In this document: positions 12,735 through 27,300 of the stretch, in pieces
How positions within the stretch are numbered: position 1 is the stretch's first letter
Layout of the letters: every line of letters starts with the position of its first letter
Source: Nemertoderma westbladi
Taxonomy: Eukaryota; Animalia; Xenacoelomorpha
Reading direction: 5' to 3'
Length of the DNA: 64,000 bases
Assembly: GCA_032718475.1 (NCBI GenBank)
Contig: JAUCBJ010000678.1
Span: forward strand, 62,001-126,000
Translations under genes and position numbers: made by a program
Notes under the pieces: model-generated
Database searches by the model: none
Told to the model about the DNA's origin: nothing
Seen by the model: only the letters and a program-made list of their open reading frames with translations

Positions 12735-14060
12735 TACAGTCGGGGGGGGGGGGGGGGGGTGGGGGTTGTATGGGTCTATTTTTTTTAATGACTTTTTGCT
12801 TTTGATCTTTCAATATGAAATAAAAACATTATCTAACGTAACATTGTATTATTCTAGTTTCTGAATTTACTGTATAAGAATCGACAGTAGATAACTATTC
12901 TATGGAAAGATATTTCAGTTTTTAAAAGTAATGAATCGTCTGGAAAAATGGGTCAAGTGTGGGGTTAAATGGGTCTATGTTGAATCTTTGGCAAAATTAG
13001 CTATATATTGTGGGATTTAAAGCGGGTTGAATGGGTCGTTGCAAAGCAGAACAAAATTTGCAAAAATTTGATATATAGATTGCATACATTTTAACTTATA
13101 TTTTGTCAAAATGTAAGTTCAAAATATTAAATTTAATATTAAGAATGTTCTCCTAAATAAGAGTCATAATTATTTAAAAGTTCACGACAGAAACAATCAA
13201 GGTGCTAGCTCTTCTTCTCCGAAGGTGTTTATTTCAAAGCGAAACGTGCGTTGCACACGTTTAGTACCTCCTGCCGCAACTGGTATGTTTAACTTTCTCC
13301 TAATCTCCGAGAATGAATGACAACCATACTCCGGTGGATCCGTTAGTACAACCGTAACACCAACTTCAATCTTGTTGCAAGCTTTTACACGCGATGTGTA
13401 TAATGTACAGTAATCTCCATGTTATCATTATTTACCTAACCTTAGAAACATAATTCTTTGACCTTCCACGACTTCCGGCCACCTCGACTAACATCCAGTC
13501 CCCACCGTTAGACTTGAAGTTAATTCCGTCAGTGTATGTTGCTTATTAGTTCAAGTTCCCTCGAAAATCAATATCCATCGCTTACAGGGCCTATCGATCT
13601 ACAGTGGCTTTAAATTCCCATCAGTTTTTTTTTATCATGATAGACCCATTTTACCCCACTCTAAAAAATTCAGATAGACCCATTTTCCCCCGTTTTACAA
13701 ATTAATCGTTTCTCCTCGTTTAAAGCGCTCCATGATACACTACTGAAACGATAGCTTGGTAAATGGGGAATCTCAACAATCCATTCTTCAACGTCCCACA
13801 CTAACCAGAACACAGAAAATCGCTTAGTGTTGAGTGTTTGAGTGTTTTTATGGCGGGAAAATATATTTTTTTCACCAGCAATAATTTACATGAAGTAAAC
13901 TTCAAATGTTAACATATTATAGGTCAATAAAAAGGAAATTTATTAGACTACTAGAAACAATTAAATTATTGTGGTCATCGTAAGTATTTTTCGAAATATG
14001 ACAGAAAATATCGAATAGACCCATTTAGCCCCACGACCCATTCAACCCCACCCCTCCCTA
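12735..14060 (-). mobile_element. Internally deleted pogo/Tc1-like DNA transposon with a transposase C-terminal remnant
   Basis: TA at both ends; inverted ggggtt..atgggtcta / tagacccatt..cccc motifs, terminal and internal; minus-strand peptides GDWMLVEVAGSRGRSKNYVSK and EIRRKLNIPVAAGGTKRVQRTFRFEIN at about 13200-13510. Confidence 0.6.
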
Positions 14061-14176
14061 CATGTATTTGGGCGCCTTTAGAATACAGAACGTAATCATC
14101 ACACAATTTTCTATCTCTTCGCTTGCTTTTGCTGTAGGCCTACATTTAGTTAAAGATCTGCACAGATACTATATGA

Positions 14177-17100
14177 TTACTACTACTGTCTGTATACTAC
14201 TACTGTCTGTATACTACTACTATCTGTATACTACTACTGTCTGTATACTACTACTGTCTGTATACTACTACTGTATGTATACTACTACTGTCTGTATACT
14301 ACTACTGTCTGTATACTACTACTGTATGTATACTACTACTGTCTGTATACTACTACTGTATGTATACTACTACTGTCTGTATACTACTACTGTCTGTATA
14401 CTACTACTACTGTCTGTATACTACTACTGTATGTATACTACTACTGTATGTATACTACTACTGTCTGTATACTACTACTGTCTGTATACTACTACTGTAT
14501 GTCTGTATACTACTACTGTCTGTATACTACTACTGTATGTATACTACTACTGTCTGTATACTACTACTGTCTGTATACTACTACTGTATGTCTGTATACT
14601 ACTACTGTCTGTATACTACTTCTGTATGTATACTACAACTGTCTGTATACTACTACTGTCTGTATACTACTACTGTATGTATACTACTACTGTATGTATA
14701 CTACTACTGTCTGTATACTACAACTGTATGTATACTACTACTGTATGTATACTACTCATGTCTGTATACTACAACTGTATGTATACTACTACTGTATGTA
14801 TACTACTACTGTCTGTATACTACAACAGTGTGTATACTACTACTGTCTGTATACTACTACTGTATGTATACTACTACTGTCTGTATACTACTACTGTATG
14901 TATACTACTACTGTCTGTATACTACTACTGTATGTATACTACTACTGTGTGTATACTACTACTGTCTGTATACTACAACTGTATGTATACTACTACTGTA
15001 TGTAATACTACTCATGTCTGTATACTACTACTGTCTGTATACTACTACTGTCTGTATACTACTACTGTCTGTATACTACTACTGTATGTATACTACTACT
15101 GTATGTATACTACTACTGTATGTCTGTATACTACTACTGTATGTATACTACTACTGTATGTATACTACTACTGTATGTATACTACTACTGTATGTCTGTA
15201 TACTACTACTGTATGTATACTACTACTGTCTGTATACTACTACTGTATGTATACTACTACTGTATGTCTGTATACTACTACTGTATGTATACTACTACTG
15301 TCAGTATACTACTACTGTATGTATACTACTACTGTATGTATACTACTACTGTATGTCTGTATACTACTACTGTATGTATACTGCTACTGTATGTCTGTAT
15401 ACTACTACTGTATGTATACTACTACTGTATGTATACTACTACTGTATGTCTGTATACTACTACTGTATGTATACTACTACTGTCTGTATACTACTACTGT
15501 ATGTATACTACTACTGTATGTCTGTATACTACTACTGTATGTATACTACTACTGTCAGTATACTACTACTGTATGTATACTACTACTATATGTATACTAC
15601 TACTGTATGTATACTACTACTGTATGTATACTACTACTGTATGTCTGTATACTACTACTGTATGTCTGTATACTACTACTGTATGTCTGTATACTACTAC
15701 TGTATGTCTGTATACTACTACTGTATGTATACTACTACTGTATGTATACTACTACTGTATGTATACTACTACTGTATGTATACTACTCATCTCTGTATAC
15801 TACTACTGTCTGTATACTACTACTGTCTGTATACTACTACTGTATGTATACTACTACAGTATGTATACTACTACTGTATGTATACTACTACTGTATGTCT
15901 GTATACTACTACTGTCTGTATACTACTACTGTCGGTATACTACTACTGTATGTATACTACTACTACTGTCTGTATACTACTTCTGTATGTATACTACTAC
16001 TGTATGTATACTACTACTATCTGTATACTACTACTGTATGTATACTACTACTGTCTTTATACTATAACTGTATGTATACTACTACTGTATGTATACTACT
16101 ACTGTCTGTATACAACTACTGTATGTATACTACTACTGTCTGTATACTACTACTGTATGTATACTACTACTGTCTGTATACTACTACTGTCTGTATACTA
16201 CTACTGTCTGTATACTTCTACTGTATGTATACTACTACTGTCTGTATACTACTACTATCTGTATACTACTACTGTCTGTATACTACTACTGTATGTATAC
16301 TACTACTGTCTGTATACTACTACTGTATGTATACTACTACTGTATGTATACTACTACTGTCTGTATACTACTACTGTCTGTATACTACTACTGTCTGTAT
16401 ACTACTACTATCTGTATACTACTACTGTCTGTATACTACTACTGTCTGTATACTACTACTGTCTGTATACTACTACTGTCTGTATACTACTACTGTCTGT
16501 ATACTACTACTGTCTGTATACTACTACTGTATGTATACTACTACTGTATGTATACTACTACTGTATGTATACTACTACTGTATGTATACTACTACTGTCT
16601 GTATACTACTACTATATGTATACTACTAAGGAAAGTATACTACTACTGTCTGTATACTACTACTGTCTGTATACTACTACTGTCTGTATACTACTACTGT
16701 CTGTATACTACTACTGTCTGTATACTACTACTGTCTGTATACTACTACTGTCTGTATACTACTACTGTATGTATACTACTACTGTATGTATACTACTACT
16801 GTATGTATACTACTACTGTATGTATACTACTACTGTCTGTATACTACTACTGTATGTATACTACTACTGTATGTATACTACTACTGTATGTATACTACTA
16901 CTGTCTGTATACTACTACTGTATGTATACTACTACTGTATGTATACTACTACTGTATGTATACTACTACTGTATGTATACTACTACTGTCTGTATACTAC
17001 TACTGTCTGTATACTACTACTGTCTGTATACTACTACTGTATGTATACTACTACTGTATGTATACTACTACTGTATGTATACTACTACTGTCTGTATACT

Positions 17101-19567
17101 ACTACTGTATGTATACTACTACTGTATGTATACTACTACTGTATGTATACTACTACTGTATGTATACTACTACTGTCTGTATACTACTACTGTCTGTATA
17201 CTACTACTGTCTGTATACTACTACTGTCTGTATACTACTACTGTATGTATACTACTACTGTATGTATACTACTACTGTCTGTATACTACTACTGTATGTA
17301 TACTACTACTGTATGTATACTACTACTGTCTGTATACTACTACTGTCTGTATACTACTACTGTCTGTATACTACTACTGTCTGTATACTACTACTGTATG
17401 TATACTACTACTGTATGTATACTACTACTGTATGTATACTACTACTGTATGTATACTACTACTGTCTGTATACTACTACTGTATGTATACTACTACTGTA
17501 TGTATACTACTACTGTCTGTATACTACTACTGTCTGTATACTACTACTGTCTGTATACTACTACTGTCTGTATACTACTACTGTATGTATACTACTACTG
17601 TATGTATACCACTACTGTATGTATACTACTACTGTATGTATACTACTACTGTATGTATACTACTACTGTATGTATACTACTACTGTATATATACTACTAC
17701 TGTCTGTATACTACTACTATATGTATACTACTAAGGAAAGTATACTACTACTGTCTGTATACTACTACTGTCTGTATACTACTACTGTCTGTATACTACT
17801 ACTGTCTGTATACTACTACTGTCTGTATACTACTACTGTATGTATACTACTACTGTATGTATACTACTACTGTATGTATACTACTACTGTATGTATACTA
17901 CTACTGTATGTATACTACTACTGTATGTATACTACTACTGTCTGTATACTACTACTGTATGTATACTACTACTGTATGTATACTACTACTGTATGTATAC
18001 TACTACTGTCTGTATACTACTACTGTATGTATACTACTACTGTATGTATACTACTACTGTATGTATACTACTACTGTCTGTATACTTCTACTGTATGTAT
18101 ACTACTACTGTATGTATACTACTACTGTCTGTATACTTCTACTGTATGTATACTACTACTGTCTGTATACTACTACTGTATGTATACTACTACTGTCTGT
18201 ATACTACTACTGTCTGTATACTACTACTGTATGTATACTACTACTGTCTGTATACTACTACTGTATGTATACTACTACTGTATGTATACTACTACTGTAT
18301 GTATACTACTACTGTATGTATACTACTACTGTCTGTATACTACTACTGTCTGTATACTACTACTGTCTGTATACTACTACTGTATGTATACTACTACTGT
18401 CTGTATACTACTACTGTATGTATACTACTACTGTATGTATACTACTACTGTCTGTATACTACTACTGTCTGTATACTACTACTGTCTGTATACTACTACT
18501 GTCTGTATACTACTACTGTCTGTATACTACTACTGTATGTATACTACTACTGTCTGTATACTACTACTGTATGTATACTACTACTGTATGTATACTACTA
18601 CTGTCTGTTTACTACTACTGTCTGTATACTACTACTGTCTGTATACTACTACTGTCTGTATACTACTACTGTCTGTATACTACTACTGTCTGTATACTAC
18701 TACTGTATGTATACTACTACTGTCTGTATACTACTACTGTCTGTATACTACTACTGTATGTATACTACTACTGTATGTATACTACTACTGTATGTATACT
18801 ACTACTGTATGTATACTACTACTGTATGTATACTACTACTGTATGTATACTACTACTGTCTGTATACTACTACTGTCTGTATACTACTACTGTCTGTATA
18901 CTACTACTGTATGTATACTACTACTGTATGTATACTACTACTGTATGTATACTACTACTATCTGTATACTACTACTGTATGTATACTACTACTGTCTTTA
19001 TACTATAACTGTATGTATACTACTACTGTATGTATACTACTACTGTCTGTATACAACTACTGTATGTATACTACTACTGTCTGTATACAACTACTGTATG
19101 TATACTACTACTGTCTGTATACTACTACTATATGTATACTACTAAGGAAAGTATACTACTACTGTCTGTATACTACTACTGTCTGTATACTACTACTGTC
19201 TGTATACTACTACTGTATATATACTACTACTGTCTGTATACTACTACTATATGTATACTACTAAGGAAAGTATACTACTACTGTCTGTATACTACTACTG
19301 TCTGTATACTACTACTGTCTGTATACTACTACTGTCTGTATACTACTACTGTATATATACTACTACTGTCTGTATACTACTACTGTCTGTATACTACTAC
19401 TGTCTGTATACTACTACTGTATGTCTGTATACTACTACTGTATGTATACTACTACTGTATGTATACTACTACTGTCTGTATACTACTACTGTCTGTATAC
19501 TACTACTGTCTGTATACTACTACTGTATATATACTACTACTGTCTGTATACTACTACTGTATGTCTG
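14177..19567. repeat. 17-bp tandem repeat (tactactactgt[a/c]tgta)n, about 310 copies
   Basis: Visible periodicity; the 17-aa period of the ORF translations equals 3 x 17 nt. Confidence 0.98.
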
Positions 19568-19690
19568 ATATGAGAGACATTTGTTTCCTGTTTGTTATAA
19601 ATTAATTCCTGATTAAGTATTTTTGTTATTTTCCATATTACATTTTACATAATACTAATAATTAGGTTGATTAAATATCAATTCTGAGTA

Positions 19691-19957
19691 ATGGAATCAA
19701 CTACCTCAAACGATGTCGCAGATGAATCGAAGGGAGGAGACGTTAATATCGAGGAAATCACACCCAAAGGCAATGTGGAGGCAGATTTAAATTTAAAAAA
19801 AATTCCCAGACCTGGTGAAACACTACCAGGACCAAACGGATGGCCGATTTTAGGGAACCTTCTAGATATGCCAAAGATCGCTGATAGTCTACCGGAATGG
19901 CTGGAAAAGTTAACGCATGAATTTGGATCTATTTTTCGATTGCAACTGGGAAGCAGG
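19691..19957 (+). CDS. Cytochrome P450 (CYP2-clan-like), first coding exon
   Basis: LPGPNGWPILGNLL proline-rich hinge and FGSIFRLQLGS; gtaaat donor in phase 0. Confidence 0.9.
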
Positions 19958-20188
19958 GTAAATTAATACACCTGTATAGGGATACTACAATATTAATAAT
20001 GAAGTACAAATGTATTATAATTATGGAACATTTGGATAGTTAAGGTGTCTTGATATTTTAAGATGGATGATTAGATACCCCCCTTGTGGGGCGAGCCACG
20101 AAGTTGGCGGAGCCATTAGATACCATAGATGATTAGATACCCCCCTACCTTTACTTTATTTGTAACGTATTTTTCTCGACCATTTTAG

Positions 20189-20356
20189 ACGATGGTATTT
20201 TTTCATGGCAAAGAGGCTTTTCACGAAGCCTTCGTTGAAAAAGTCGACTATTTTCAGACTCGAATGAATTACAGTTTGTGGCACAAAATATCTGAAGGAT
20301 CTGGTTTCACGGGAAGCATTTCTAAACACATCAGCATTCACAGAAAGATGACCGCC
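20189..20356 (+). CDS. Cytochrome P450 exon 2
   Basis: ttttag acceptor; TMVFFHGKEAFHEAFVEKVDYFQTR matches the CYP2 VVLNG..aikEAlv....F..R pattern; gtaagt donor. Confidence 0.88.
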
Positions 20357-20419
20357 GTAAGTTTAAAGCGTAGGCCTACAGAAACTGTAGGTAAAGTATG
20401 TAGTAGTAAAGTATGTAGG

Positions 20420-20605
20420 CCGACTAAAGGCTGTAGAAATTCCGCACTGTTGTGTCCCTAGGCAAGACACTTTAGACATTAGTGCCTACGCCAACCCAGC
20501 GGTATAACGGGAACCTGGCTTTGCTGGGGTAATGATAATAAAAGCGCTTTAAGTATGCTGAGCGTAAAAAAGCGCTATATAAATAACCAATATTATTATT
20601 ATTAT
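20420..20605 (+). mobile_element. 5'-truncated SINE of the same family as 3190-3440, with an (att)n tail
   Basis: ctgtagaaattccgcactgttgtgtccctaggcaagacactttagacattagtgcctacgccaacccagcgg; ends aaagcgctatataaat...tattattatt. Confidence 0.7.
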
Positions 20606-21036
20606 ATATTATATTATTTATTTATATTATTATATTATTTATTTATATTACTTATTTTTTTACATATAATACATACACGATGTCGATCCTTCGCGCGGCC
20701 TTGTTACATTATATTAACTTATCGGCATTGTGGTCGTGGTGATATCCTCATAAAGCGGCAAAGTACCACTTTGCAGCGTTGCTGTCTACAGGAAGGAAAG
20801 GAAAGCTACAAGATAATCCCTAAAAGTAACTCAGTAACAATAAACTTCTAGACCAGGTCTTCAGTGTTATCCATAGTGATAGCCATTATGTATGCCTACA
20901 GTTGTTTGGTATACAATAGTTACAAATAATTAACTTAACTCGAATTCGAATTCGAAAACTAATTTCACGACTTTAAATTGTTATCCTACCATACAGCCGC
21001 AAACAATAAAATGTTACACATTATTTTGATCTATAG

Positions 21037-21314
21037 GAGTATCTAAAGGGATTGGAGAGTCAATTAATCTCACAAGTCATTCCGAATGAGATGGAAAAAG
21101 CTTCCAATTGGTTAGAAAGTCGTGCTGGTCAAGCGATAGACCCAGCAGACGCTCTCGACAGAGCCTTGTCCAACATTGCGATCTTCAAAGCTTTCGGGAA
21201 AACGTACGAATACGACGATCCGGAATTCCTGAAGCGACGAGAAGTTATGTGGGAGTTTATAAACACTACAACACCAACCGCAGTGAAAACATACACCCTC
21301 AGTCGGCTAACAAT
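21037..21314 (+). CDS. Cytochrome P450 exon 3
   Basis: ctatag acceptor; GQAIDPADALDRALSNI...FGKTYEYDDPEF is a CYP2-clan signature; ends AT|gtaagt in phase 2. Confidence 0.9.
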
Positions 21315-24300
21315 GTAAGTTGAGTAGTTTATAAACACTACAACACCAACCGCATTGAAAACATACACCCTCAGTCGGCTAACAATGTAAGTTGAGTAGT
21401 TTATAAACACTACAACACCAACCGCAGTGAAAACATACACCCTCAGTCGGCTAACAATGTAAGTTGAGTAGTTTATAAACACTACAACACCAACCGCATT
21501 GAAAACATACACCCTCAGTCGGCTAACAATGTAAGTTGAGTATTTTATAAACACTACAACACCAACCGAAGTGAAAACATACACCCTCAGTCGGCTAACA
21601 ATGTAAGTTGAGTAGTTTATAAACACTACAACACCAACCGCAGTGAAAACATACACCCTCAGTCGGCTAACAATGTAAGTTGAGTAGTTTATAAACACTA
21701 CAACACCAACCGCATTGAAAACATACACCCTCAGTCGGCTAACAATGTAAGTTGAGTATTTTATAAACACTACAACACCAACCGAAGTGAAAACATACAA
21801 CCTCAGTCGGCTAACAATGTAAGTTGAGTAGTTTATAAACTATACAACACCAACCGCAGTGAAAACATACACCCTCAGTCGGCTAACAATGTAAGTTGAG
21901 TTTATAAACACTACAACACCAACCGCAGTGAAAACATACAACCTCAGTCGGCTAACAATGTAAGTTGAGTTTATAAACACTACAACACCAACGGCAGTGA
22001 AAACATACACCCTCAGTCGGATAACAATGTAAGTTGAGATTATAAACACTACAACACCAACGGCAGTGAAAACATACACCCTCAGTCGGCTAACAATGTA
22101 AGTTGAGTTTATAAACACTACAACACCAACGGCAGTGAAAACATACACCCTCAGTCGGCTAACAATGTAAGTTGAGTTTATAAACACTACAACACTAACC
22201 GCAGTGAAAACATACACCCTCAGTCGGCTAACAATGTAAGTTGAGTTTATAAACACTACAACACCAACGGCAGTGAAAACATACACCCTCAGTCGGCTAA
22301 CATTGTAAGTTGAGTTTATAAACACTACAACACCAACCGCAGTGAAAACATACACCCTCAGTCGGCTAACAATGTAAGTTGAGTTTATAAACACTACAAC
22401 ACCAACCGCAGTAAAAACATACAACCTCAGTCGGCTAACAATGTAAGTTGAGTTTATAAACACTACAACACCAACCGCAGTGAAAACATACAACCTCAGT
22501 CGGCTAACAATGTAAGTTGAGTAGTTTATAAACACTACAACACCAACCGCAGTGAAAACATACACCCTCAGTCGGCTAACAATGTAAGTTGAGTTTATAA
22601 ACACTACAACACCAACCGCAGTGAAAACATACACCCTCAGTCGGCTAACAATGTAAGTTGAGTTTATAAACACTACAACACCAACCGCAGTGAAAACATA
22701 CACCCTCAGTCGGCTAACAATGTAAGTTGAGTTTATAAACACTACAACACCAACCGCAGTGAAAACATACACCCTCAGTCGGCTAACAATGTAAGTTGAG
22801 TTTATAAACACTACAACACCAACCGCAGTGAAAACATACACCCTCAGTCGGCTAACAATGTAAGTTGAGTTTATAAACACTACAACACCAACCGCAGTGA
22901 AAACATACACCCTCAGTCGGCTAACAATGTAAGTTGAGTTTATAAACACTACAACACCAACCGCAGTGAAAACATACACCCTCAGTCGGCTAACAATGTA
23001 AGTTGAGTTTATAAATACTACAACACCAACCGCAGTGAAAACATACACCCTCAGTCGGCTAACAATGTAAGTTGAGATTATAAACACTTCAACACCAACC
23101 GCAGTGAATACATACACCCTCAGTCGGCTAACAATGTAAGTTGAGTTTATAAACACTACAACACTAACCGCAGTGAAAACATACCCCCTCAGTCGGCTAA
23201 CAATGTAAGTTGAGTTTATAAACACTACAACACCAAACGCAGTGAATACATACACCCTCAGTCGGCTAACATTGAAAGTTGAGTTTATAAACACTACAAC
23301 ACCAACCGCAGTGAAAACATACAACCTCAGTCGGCTAACAATGTAAGTTGAGTAGTTTATAAACACTACAACACCAACCGCAGTGAAAACATACACCCTC
23401 AGTCGGCTAACAATGTAAGTTGAGTTTATAAACACTACAACACCAACCGCAGTAAAAACATACACCCTCAGTCGGCTAACAATGTAAGTTGAGTTTATAA
23501 ACACTACAACACCAACCGCAGTGAAAACATACACCCTCAGTCGGCTAACAATGTAAGTTGAGTTTATAAACACTACAACACCAACCGCAGTGAAAACATA
23601 CACCCTCAGTCGGCTAACAATGTAAGTTGAGTTTATAAACACTACAACACCAACCGCAGTGAAAACATACACCCTCAGTCGGCTAACAATATAAGTTGAG
23701 TTTATAAACACTACAACACCAACCGCAGTGAAAACATACACCCTCAGTCGGCTAACAATGTAAGTTGAGTTTATAAACACTACAACACCAACCGCAGTGA
23801 AAACATACACCCTCAGTCGGCTAACAATGTAAGTTGAGTTTATAAACACTACAACACCAACCGCAGTGAAAACATACACCCTCAGTCGGCTAACAATGTA
23901 AGTTGAGTTTATAAACACTACAACACCAACCGCAGTGAAAACATACACCCTCAGTCGGCTAACAATGTAAGTTGAGTTTATAAACACTACAACACCAACC
24001 GCAGTGAAAACATACACCCTCAGTCGGCTAACAATATAAGTTGAGTTTATAAACACTACAACACCAACCGCAGTGAAAACATACACCCTCAGTCGGCTAA
24101 CAATGTAAGTTGAGTTTATAAACACTACAACACCAACCGCAGTGAAAACGTACACCCTCAGTCGGCTAACAATGTAAGTTGAGTTTATAAACACTACAAC
24201 ACCAACCGCAGTGAAAAAATACAACCTCAGTCGGCTAACAATGTAAGTTGAGTAGTTTATAAACACTACAACACCAACCGCAGTAAAAACATACAACCTC

Positions 24301-27300
24301 AGTCGGCTAACAATGTAAGTTGAGTTTATAAACACTACAACACCAACCGCAGTGAAAACATACAACCTCAGTCGGCTAACAATGTAAGTAGAGTAGTTTA
24401 TAAACACTACAACACCAACCGCAGTGAAAACATACACCCTCAGTCGGCTAACAATGTAAGTTGAGTTTATAAACACTACAACACCAACCGCAGTGAAAAC
24501 ATACACCCTCAGTCGGCTAACAATGTAAGTTGAGTTTATAAACACTACAACACCAACCGCAGTGAAAACATACACCCTCAGTCGGCTAACAATGTAAGTT
24601 GAGTTTATAAACACTACAACACCAACCGCAGTGAAAACATACACCCTCAGTCGGCTAACAATGTAAGTTGAGTTTATAAACACTACAACACCAACCGCAG
24701 TGAAAACACACACCCTCAGTCGGCTAACAATATAAGTTGAGTTTATAAACACTACAACACCAACCGCAGTGAAAACATACACCCTCAGTCGGATAACAAT
24801 GTAAGTTGAGTTTATAAACACTACAACACCAACCGCAGTGAAAACATACAACCTCAGTCGGCTAACAATGTAATGTAAGTTGAGTTTATAAACACTACAA
24901 CACCAACGGCAGTGAAAACATACACCCCCAGTCTGCTAACAATGTAAGTTGAGTTTATAAACACTACAACACCAACCGCAGTGAAAACATACACCCTCAG
25001 TCGGCTAACAATGTAAGTTGAGTAGTTTATAAACACTACAACACCAACCGCATTGAAAACATACACCCTCAGTCGGCTAACAATGTAAGTTGAGTATTTT
25101 ATAAACACTACAACACCAACCGAAGTGAAAACATACACCCTCAGTCGGCTAACAATGTAAGTTGAGTAGTTTATAAACACTACAACACCAACCGCAGTGA
25201 AAACATACACCCTCAGTCGGCTAACAATGTAAGTTGAGTAGTTTATAAACACTACAACACCAACCGCATTGAAAACATACACCCTCAGTCGGCTAACAAT
25301 GTAAGTTGAGTATTTTATAAACACTACAACACCAACCGAAGTGAAAACATACAACCTCAGTCGGCTAACAATGTAAATTGAGTAGTTTATAAACTATACA
25401 ACACCAACCGCAGTGAAAACATACACCCTCAGTCGGCTAACAATGTAAGTTGAGTTTATAAACACTACAACACCAACCGCAGTGAAAACATACAACCTCA
25501 GTCGGCTAACAATGTAAGTTGAGTTTATAAACACTACAACCACAACGGCAGTGAAAACATACACCCTCAGTCGGATAACAATGTAAGTTGAGATTATAAA
25601 CACTACAACACCAACGGCAGTGAAAACATACACCCTCAGTCGGCTAACAATGTAAGTTGAGTTTATAAACACTACAACACCAACGGCAGTGAAAACATAC
25701 ACCCTCAGTCGGCTAACAATGTAAGTTGAGTTTATAAACACTACAACACTAACCGCAGTGAAAACATACACCCTCAGTCGGCTAACAATGTAAGTTGAGT
25801 TTATAAACACTACAACACCAACGGCAGTGAAAACATACACCCTCAGTCGGCTAACATTGTAAGTTGAGTTTATAAACACTACAACACCAACCGCAGTGAA
25901 AACATACACCCTCAGTCGGCTAACAATGTAAGTTGAGTTTATAAACACTACAACACCAACCGCAGTAAAAACATACAACCTCAGTCGGCTAACAATGTAA
26001 GTTGAGTTTATAAACACTACAACACCAACCGCAGTGAAAACATACAACCTCAGTCGGCTAACAATGTAAGTTGAGTAGTTTATAAACACTACAACACCAA
26101 CCGCAGTGAAAACATACACCCTCAGTCGGCTAACAATGTAAGTTGAGTTTATAAACACTACAACACCAACCGCAGTGAAAACATACACCCTCAGTCGGCT
26201 AACAATGTAAGTTGAGTTTATAAACACTACAACACCAACCGCAGTGAAAACATACACCCTCAGTCGGCTAACAATGTAAGTTGAGTTTATAAACACTACA
26301 ACACCAACCGCAGTGAAAACATACACCCTCAGTCGGCTAACAATGTAAGTTGAGTTTATAAACACTACAACACCAACCGCAGTGAAAACATACACCCTCA
26401 GTCGGCTAACAATGTAAGTTGAGTTTATAAACACTACAACACCAACCGCAGTGAAAACATACACCCTCAGTCGGCTAACAATGTAAGTTGAGTTTATAAA
26501 CACTACAACACCAACCGCAGTGAAAACATACACCCTCAGTCGGCTAACAATGTAAGTTGAGTTTATAAATACTACAACACCAACCGCAGTGAAAACATAC
26601 ACCCTCAGTCGGCTAACAATGTAAGTTGAGATTATAAACACTTCAACACCAACCGCAGTGAATACATACACCCTCAGTCGGCTAACAATGTAAGTTGAGT
26701 TTATAAACACTACAACACTAACCGCAGTGAAAACATACCCCCTCAGTCGGCTAACAATGTAAGTTGAGTTTATAAACACTACAACATCAAACGCAGTGAA
26801 TACATACACCCTCAGTCGGCTAACATTGAAAGTTGAGTTTATAAACACTACAACACCAACCGCAGTGAAAACATACAACCTCAGTCGGCTAACAATGTAA
26901 GTTGAGTAGTTTATAAACACTACAACACCAACCGCAGTGAAAACATACACCCTCAGTCGGCTAACAATGTAAGTTGAGTTTATAAACACTACAACACCAA
27001 CCGCAGTAAAAACATACACCCTCAGTCGGCTAACAATGTAAGTTGAGTTTATAAACACTACAACACCAACCGCAGTGAAAACATACACCCTCAGTCGGCT
27101 AACAATGTAAGTTGAGTTTATAAACACTACAACACCAACCGCAGTGAAAACATACACCCTCAGTCGGCTAACAATGTAAGTTGAGTTTATAAACACTACA
27201 ACACCAACCGCAGTGAAAACATACACCCTCAGTCGGCTAACAATATAAGTTGAGTTTATAAACACTACAACACCAACCGCAGTGAAAACATACACCCTCA

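Noticed and set aside
14062-19605. Long ORFs up to 1124 aa (YTTTVCILLL...)
   Set aside because: Translation of a 17-bp repeat; the same peptide appears in all three frames
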